From assembly GCA_965214405.1 (NCBI GenBank), contig OZ243956.1, forward strand, positions 1,312,001-1,376,000: 64,000 nt of DNA, given 5' to 3'. Each line of letters starts with the position of its first letter. Within the stretch, counting starts at the first letter, position 1. The translations under genes and the position numbers were made by a program. The notes beneath the pieces are model-generated. The model had not been told where the DNA came from. It did no database searches and saw only the letters and a list, made by a program, of their open reading frames with translations. Origin of the DNA: Trueperaceae bacterium (GTDB lineage: Bacteria; Deinococcota; Deinococci; Deinococcales; Trueperaceae). Shown piece after piece: positions 58,654-64,000 of the stretch.

Positions 58654-60177
58654 ATGACAAATTTGCGGCAGTTTTTTGTTCTTCTTTGCCTCACGCTCGC
58701 TTGCTTCGGTCTCGCCCAACGCGAGGATGTCTACTACGAAATCTTTGTGCGCTCCTTTCAGGACTCCGACGGCGACGGCGTCGGAGATTTGCAGGGCGTC
58801 ATTGGGCGGCTCGAGTACCTGCAAGACTTGGGCGTTACCGGGCTTTGGCTCATGCCGATTCACCCGAGCCCGAGCTACCACGGGTACGACGTGACCGACT
58901 ACTACGCCGTCAATCCCGACTACGGGACGCTTCAAGATTTTGAAACCCTGTTGAACGAGGCGCACGCGCGCGGTATCAACATAGTGATGGATTTGGTCGT
59001 CAACCACTCGAGCAGCCAGCACCCCTGGTTCTTAGCCTCCAAAGACCCCGCCTCGCCCTACCGCGACTACTACCTGTGGCGAGAAGACGACCCCGGTTGG
59101 CTCGGGCTGGGCGGCCCGGCCTGGCACGCGTCGGGGGATGATTACTATTTAGGGCTCTTCTGGAGCGAGATGCCCGACCTCAACTACCGCAATCCCGAAG
59201 TGGTCGAGGAGATGGACGATATAGCGACGTTCTGGCTCGAGCTCGGCGTGGACGGTTTCCGCATCGACGCGATTCAGCACGTGGTTGAGAGTACCGACGG
59301 CTTGATTCGCAACACGCCGGAAAATCTCGAGTGGGTCGAAAACTTTGAAGCCTTTATCAAGTCCGTCAACCCCAACGCGTTTCTCGTCGGCGAGACCTGG
59401 ACGGATACCGAGACGATTGCGAACTATTTTACCAGGGCGAACCTCGACCTGGCCTTTGACTACCCGCTCTATACGTCTCTTTTGGACGCGGTGGGAAAGA
59501 GCAGCGCGACGAATCTTAACTTTACTTTAGAGAGCGAAGCGCGCCTCTTCCCGCCCGACGCGCAGCGGGCCACGTTTATCTCCAACCACGACCAAATCCG
59601 CCCCGCGACCTCGCTGAGCCTCCTGCGCCGCGACGAGGGGAAGCTCAAACTCGCGGCGGGCCTCCTCCTGACGCTGCCCGGTACGCCCTTTCTCTACTAC
59701 GGCGAAGAAATCGGCCTGCCCAACGGCCCCGGCGACAAAGATGAGGAGAAGCGCACCCCGATGCGCTGGGACCCGGACGCGCCCCATACCGGTTTCAGCA
59801 CCGCCGAGCCCTGGTATCCCTTTAGCACCGACGATCCAAGCATCACGGTGGCGGCGCAGGCGGGGGAGGATTCGGTTCTGAATACGTATAAAACATTCAT
59901 CGCCCTAAGGCAGACCAACCCAGCGCTGAGCCGCGGCGACGTGGTGGTGCTGGACACGGGAGACCGCGGCGTGCTCGCCTTTGCGCGCACAACCGACGAG
60001 CAGACCCTGCTAGTAATTGCCAACCTTTCCAAGCAGGAGCGGGAGGTGGATGTAGGGGCGCTTGTTGAAGGCTCAACGCTCGAGGGTTCATTTGCAGAGG
60101 CTGAAGATTTGCTCACCGGCGAAACCTCCTCCGGTACGCTTGTACTGACGCCGCTCGAGGTGAGGGTGCTCGAGTAG
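58654..60177 (+). CDS. Secreted GH13 alpha-amylase family glycosidase
   Basis: YEIFVRSF.DSDGDG.GD, SYHGYD, DLVVNH, DGFRIDA, VGETW, SNHD, YYGEEIG. Confidence 0.94.
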   Translation: MTNLRQFFVLLCLTLACFGLAQREDVYYEIFVRSFQDSDGDGVGDLQGVIGRLEYLQDLGVTGLWLMPIHPSPSYHGYDVTDYYAVNPDYGTLQDFETLLNEAHARGINIVMDLVVNHSSSQHPWFLASKDPASPYRDYYLWREDDPGWLGLGGPAWHASGDDYYLGLFWSEMPDLNYRNPEVVEEMDDIATFWLELGVDGFRIDAIQHVVESTDGLIRNTPENLEWVENFEAFIKSVNPNAFLVGETWTDTETIANYFTRANLDLAFDYPLYTSLLDAVGKSSATNLNFTLESEARLFPPDAQRATFISNHDQIRPATSLSLLRRDEGKLKLAAGLLLTLPGTPFLYYGEEIGLPNGPGDKDEEKRTPMRWDPDAPHTGFSTAEPWYPFSTDDPSITVAAQAGEDSVLNTYKTFIALRQTNPALSRGDVVVLDTGDRGVLAFARTTDEQTLLVIANLSKQEREVDVGALVEGSTLEGSFAEAEDLLTGETSSGTLVLTPLEVRVLE

Positions 60178-60198
60178 CGGAGGACGCGAGTTAATGGT

Positions 60199-60657
60199 TT
60201 GAGAGCGCCCTTCCAAGTTCTTGTTTTTCCGTATAGGTTTAGGGATGGTGAGCCAGAAATCCTTATTGGTCAGCGAAGTGACGACGGTTCTTGGCAAGCG
60301 GTGTCTGGTGGCGGTGAGCTAGGGGAAACCATTCTGGAAGCTGCTACTCGAGAGTTGCGAGAAGAAGCCGCACTGGAGGGTATTGATTGGGTTCAATTAG
60401 ATTCGATTTGTACGCTTCCAAGAATTCACTTCAAAGACCACGAAAACTGGGTACGACACCCGTATGTTGTGCCGGAGTATTCGTTCATGACTTTAGTCAA
60501 CGAGGAGCCTAAACCGTCCGAAGAACACGTTGAACTCAAGTGGTGCTCGGTTTCCGAGGCTACAGAGTTGTTAAAGTATGACTCAAACAAAATTGCGTTA
60601 TGGGAAGTTGGACAGCGGTTAAGCAGGTTAAAGGTGCAGCACAGTCCTGATGAGTAA
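60199..60657 (+). CDS. NUDIX hydrolase (NudB-like)
   Basis: WQAVSGGGELGET..EAATRELREE, SEEH. Confidence 0.88.
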   Translation: MRAPFQVLVFPYRFRDGEPEILIGQRSDDGSWQAVSGGGELGETILEAATRELREEAALEGIDWVQLDSICTLPRIHFKDHENWVRHPYVVPEYSFMTLVNEEPKPSEEHVELKWCSVSEATELLKYDSNKIALWEVGQRLSRLKVQHSPDE

Positions 60658-61201
60658 CCCGTCGAAACTCAAGCTCTTTCACGTCAGCGAAACCCCTAAC
60701 ATTCGCCTTTTCGAGCCGCGCCCGGACAGAAGGGGTGAGTTGGCGGTTTGGGCGGTAGGAGAACCCAGACTGCACAACTACCTCTTGCCAAGAGACTGCC
60801 CAAGAATCACTTTTTTCGCAGACGACAAGACTTCAGATGAGGACCGCTCGAGATTCTTGGGAAGCGCAGAGTCAGTCGTGGCGATTGAAAGCGGCTGGTT
60901 CAACGTTTGTCTCGAAACCTCACTCTACCTTTACGAGTTCGACCCTCAGCCGTTTTCGCTGATTGATACGACAGCGTGCTATTACGTCTCCAAAGAAGCG
61001 GTTAAACCCATCCGTGAAACGCCCGTCTCAAACGTCCTGGGTGCGCTGCTTGAAAAAGGCGTAGAACTTAGGATTCTGCCGTCTCTCTGGGAACTTCGTG
61101 AGGCTGTCGTTTCTTCAACGTTGGCTTTTTCTATCATCCGGATGCGGAACGCTTCTCCGCCTCCCGACAGTTTTGGGAGTCGTTATGAAACGCCCTTGTG
61201 A
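60650..61201 (+). CDS. Conserved hypothetical protein (DUF6886-like)
   Basis: LFHVSE.P.I..FEPR, VWAV......NYLLPRDCPR, FSIIRMRNA. Confidence 0.7.
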   Translation: MSNPSKLKLFHVSETPNIRLFEPRPDRRGELAVWAVGEPRLHNYLLPRDCPRITFFADDKTSDEDRSRFLGSAESVVAIESGWFNVCLETSLYLYEFDPQPFSLIDTTACYYVSKEAVKPIRETPVSNVLGALLEKGVELRILPSLWELREAVVSSTLAFSIIRMRNASPPPDSFGSRYETPL

Positions 61202-61261
61202 TGCTTACAAGGATGGGCACCGCGAGGGACGCCAACACGCGCAAGAAAAGAGGTGCAGGGG

Positions 61262-61604
61262 ATGAAAGATGCAGAAGGTTTTATCATTATCGAACGGCTC
61301 GAGGACATCTCGCAGACCATGAGCGAGGTGGAGGAGGCCGAGTTCTGGTCTACTCACACGCTTAGTGACGCGCTACTGGAGGAGATGCAACCTGTTAGAT
61401 GCAACCTGTTCCACTCGAGGGAAACGGTAAGCTGCCCCCGGCCAGAGCGACTCGAGGCGCATCTCGCTGATGCTCGAGCAAGACACCATTTTGCGGCTCA
61501 AGAAGCTCGCCCGAAAAGAGGGGATGGGCTATCAGACGCTGCTCAAGTTGTTCGTGGGTGAGCGGCTGTATGAAGAGGAGAAGCGTGAGGGAATATTCGG
61601 TTAA
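61262..61604 (+). pseudogene. Frameshifted CopG/BrnA-like antitoxin
   Basis: N-part ..MSEVEEAEFWSTH..; C-part in another frame SRRISLMLEQDTILRLKKLARKEGMGYQTLLKLFVGERLYEEEKREGIFG*; 14-bp tandem duplication at 61383-61410. Confidence 0.8.
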
Positions 61605-61652
61605 CTCTTGGTGTGCTTCCCCACCTCCTCATGATTTGAAGAACGGTATGCA

Positions 61653-62114
61653 ATGAGCAGTTGGCCGACCAACTATAAAGACCGTCTAACAGGCGCACAT
61701 TGCGAGTTATGTGCTGAAGGGCGTCCAGAGGAAACGAAAAGTAGAATTCGGTTCTTCTCTGCTAAGCTTTGTGACGCCTACTTGCACTTTCGCGGCGTGC
61801 AGCGTGGTTACGCAACGGTTATTTGGCGCGGAGGGCACAGGGTAGAGCCTACCGACCTTACCCAAGTAGAAGCCACCAACTTCTGGCTTGACGTGCTGCG
61901 TGTGGGCTGGGCTATGCAAACGCACTACCAACCTTTGAAAATGAACTACCAGCTACTGGGCAACGGTCAGCCCCATTTGCACTGGTTGGTAGCGCCGCGT
62001 TTTGTTGACGATGTTGCGCCCGGCGTTCCTTTACCAGCGTCAGGGTACGCAACATTTCCAGAAGACGAAGTACGACAAGACGCGCTCGCAATGCGAAGGC
62101 TTCTTAAACATTAA
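61653..62114 (+). CDS. HIT family protein
   Basis: CELC, KMNYQLLGN..PHLHW. Confidence 0.85.
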   Translation: MSSWPTNYKDRLTGAHCELCAEGRPEETKSRIRFFSAKLCDAYLHFRGVQRGYATVIWRGGHRVEPTDLTQVEATNFWLDVLRVGWAMQTHYQPLKMNYQLLGNGQPHLHWLVAPRFVDDVAPGVPLPASGYATFPEDEVRQDALAMRRLLKH

Positions 62115-62169
62115 ATGACAACATTAAGACCACCACGCACTTAGCACCCAGCGGCTATACTCGAGCCTT

Positions 62170-63165
62170 ATGAACCACCCTCCTAAAACGCGCGCTCTCA
62201 CCGGCATCCAGCCTTCGGGCGAGCTGCACATCGGTAACTACTTAGGCGCGGTGCGCAACTGGGTCCGCATGACCCATACGCACGACATGTTTACTTGCGT
62301 CGTGGACTACCACGCGCTGACCAGCCCCGTGGACCCTGCCACGCTGGCCGAAAAAACGCACAAGATGGCGGTCGCCATCCTCGCGGCAGGGCTCGAGCCC
62401 GAACGGGCCACGCTCTTTGTACAGTCACAGGTGCCCGAGGTGGCCGAACTCACCTGGATTTACCTCACGCTGACGCCGCTGGGCGAACTCGAGCGCATGA
62501 CGCAGTTCAAGGACAAAGCCGCGCGGCAAGCGTCCATCCTCACGGGGCTGCTCACCTACCCCGTGTTGCAGGCCGCCGACATCCTCATCTACAAGGCCGA
62601 GGCGGTGCCCGTCGGTGAGGACCAGGTTCAGCACGTCGAACTCACCAGGGAAGTGGCGCGCAAGTTCAACTTAGCATTCGGCGACACCTTCCCCGAGCCC
62701 AAGGCGGTGGTGCCCGATTTGGGCGGGCGCATCAAGGGCCTCGACGGGCGGGCCAAGATGTCGAAAAGTTTGGGCAACACCATCGAGCTTTTAGAACCTC
62801 CCGCCGAGGCCTGGGACAAGCTGCGCACCGCCGTGACCGACAAGGCCAGACTGCGCCGGAGCGACCCCGGCGACCCGCAGGTGTGTAACATCTATCATCT
62901 GCACCGGAATTTTTCGTCACAACCTATGGTTGAGATGGTGGAAAAGGAGTGCTCGAGCGCAGGCATCGGCTGCACGGACTGCAAAAGTTTCTTGTTTGGG
63001 AGTATGCAGAGGCACTTCGAGCCCATCCGCGAGCGCGCCGCCGAGTATGAAAGTAAACCGGCGCAGGTGCGCGAGATTCTGGCGGAGGGCGCGGCGAGGG
63101 CGCGGGGCGTCGCCAAGGAGACGATGGCCGAGGTATACGACAAAATCGGGTTTTACCGGGGTTAG
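62170..63165 (+). CDS. trpS: Tryptophan--tRNA ligase
   Basis: TGIQPSG.LHIGNY.GA, YPVLQAADIL, VPVGEDQ.QH.E, KMSKS. Confidence 0.97.
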   Translation: MNHPPKTRALTGIQPSGELHIGNYLGAVRNWVRMTHTHDMFTCVVDYHALTSPVDPATLAEKTHKMAVAILAAGLEPERATLFVQSQVPEVAELTWIYLTLTPLGELERMTQFKDKAARQASILTGLLTYPVLQAADILIYKAEAVPVGEDQVQHVELTREVARKFNLAFGDTFPEPKAVVPDLGGRIKGLDGRAKMSKSLGNTIELLEPPAEAWDKLRTAVTDKARLRRSDPGDPQVCNIYHLHRNFSSQPMVEMVEKECSSAGIGCTDCKSFLFGSMQRHFEPIRERAAEYESKPAQVREILAEGAARARGVAKETMAEVYDKIGFYRG

Positions 63166-63188
63166 ACGTTACTTTAGTCCCAAATTCA

Positions 63189-64000
63189 CTGAGGCTCCTT
63201 TTTCTCTTTCTCGACGGCGTCGGCTTGGGAGAGGGCGACGCGGACGCGAATCCTTTTGCGGCGGCGCGAACGCCTTTTCTGGGCCAGCTTCTGGGAGGTG
63301 CATTAACGGCAGAGCGCCTTCCCATCGCCACCTCTTCGGAAGTTTTCAGGCCCATCGACGCGCGTCTGGATTTTCCCGGTTTGCCCCAGTCGGCCACCGG
63401 ACAAACGGCGCTCTTAACGGGAAAAAACGGAGCGACGGTGATGGACGGTCACTACGGCCCCTACCCCGGCCCGACGCTCAAAAAGGTGTTGGACGAGGGC
63501 ACGCTCTTTTCGGAAGTCGTGACCGCAGGCGGACGCTCGAGGCTGGCGAACGCGTTTCCGCCGGGTTACTTTGCCGCCGTGGAAAGGGGCAAGCGCCGCG
63601 TCAACGTGCCCGTCTACGCGGCCCAGGCTGCCGGGCTGCCGCTGCTGACCCTCGAGGACTACGCCGCGGGGCGCGCGCTGAGCGCGGACTTGAGCGGCGC
63701 GTACGTGCATGACCTAAATCCCAATCTTCCCCTCTACAGCTTTGAGGAGGCGGGCTCACGATTAGCGCGTATTGCAGAGGACGCCGAGCTGACTTTTTTT
63801 GACTTCTGGCTTTCAGACAGCGCCGGACATCGCTGGTCTTTTGAGGCGTCGGTGGAACTTGTTGAGCAGTTAGACGCCTTTTTGTCGGGCCTCATCCCCA
63901 CGCTCGGCGACACCACCTTGCTCCTCACTTCCGACCACGGCAACTTGGAGGACAAACGCACGAAGAGCCACACCAAAAATCCGGTGCCGCTCCTCGCGCT
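63189..64000 (+). CDS. Alkaline-phosphatase-superfamily metalloenzyme (phosphoglyceromutase/phosphopentomutase-like), truncated by window edge
   Basis: Not in ORF track. LRLLFLFLDGVGLG...PQSATGQTALLTG.N...D.AGH...LTSDHGNLED...HTKNPVP. Confidence 0.85.
   Translation, partial: MRLLFLFLDGVGLGEGDADANPFAAARTPFLGQLLGGALTAERLPIATSSEVFRPIDARLDFPGLPQSATGQTALLTGKNGATVMDGHYGPYPGPTLKKVLDEGTLFSEVVTAGGRSRLANAFPPGYFAAVERGKRRVNVPVYAAQAAGLPLLTLEDYAAGRALSADLSGAYVHDLNPNLPLYSFEEAGSRLARIAEDAELTFFDFWLSDSAGHRWSFEASVELVEQLDAFLSGLIPTLGDTTLLLTSDHGNLEDKRTKSHTKNPVPLLA

Noticed and set aside
62930..63712. 260-aa plus-strand ORF in the track
   Set aside because: Wrong frame; it overlaps trpS and the real metalloenzyme frame starting near 63189.

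Overview
GC-rich bacterial chromosomal window, most likely Deinococcota (Trueperaceae-like). This is inferred from gene content, from the many genes with a TANNNT -10 box only 5-8 nt before the start codon, and from strong CTCGAG iteration. It is mostly core and metabolic genes: two sugar ABC transporter loci, a class II photolyase, a non-phosphorylative (Weimberg-type) pentonate pathway trio, three tandem GNATs, a P450, a PAS-LuxR regulator, dsbB/dsbA divergent from comEA-comEC-kinase-holA, meaB, coaD, rpsT, ggt, a GH13 amylase and trpS. Accessory features are one intact and three decayed or orphan toxin-antitoxin modules and a complete 1.3-kb IS with inverted repeats, a 9-bp target duplication and a frameshift site. 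The standout is 50843-53011, a single ORF fusing a membrane-anchored diguanylate cyclase (GGEEF plus RxxD I-site) to a motif-complete class I terpene cyclase, with a perfect CRP-type box upstream. Other signals are a short peptide ORF ahead of the GNAT triplet, a lipoprotein with two receptor-L-domain-like solenoids, and dispersed 7-bp-period intergenic repeats. All calls come from motif recognition by eye; no searches were run.
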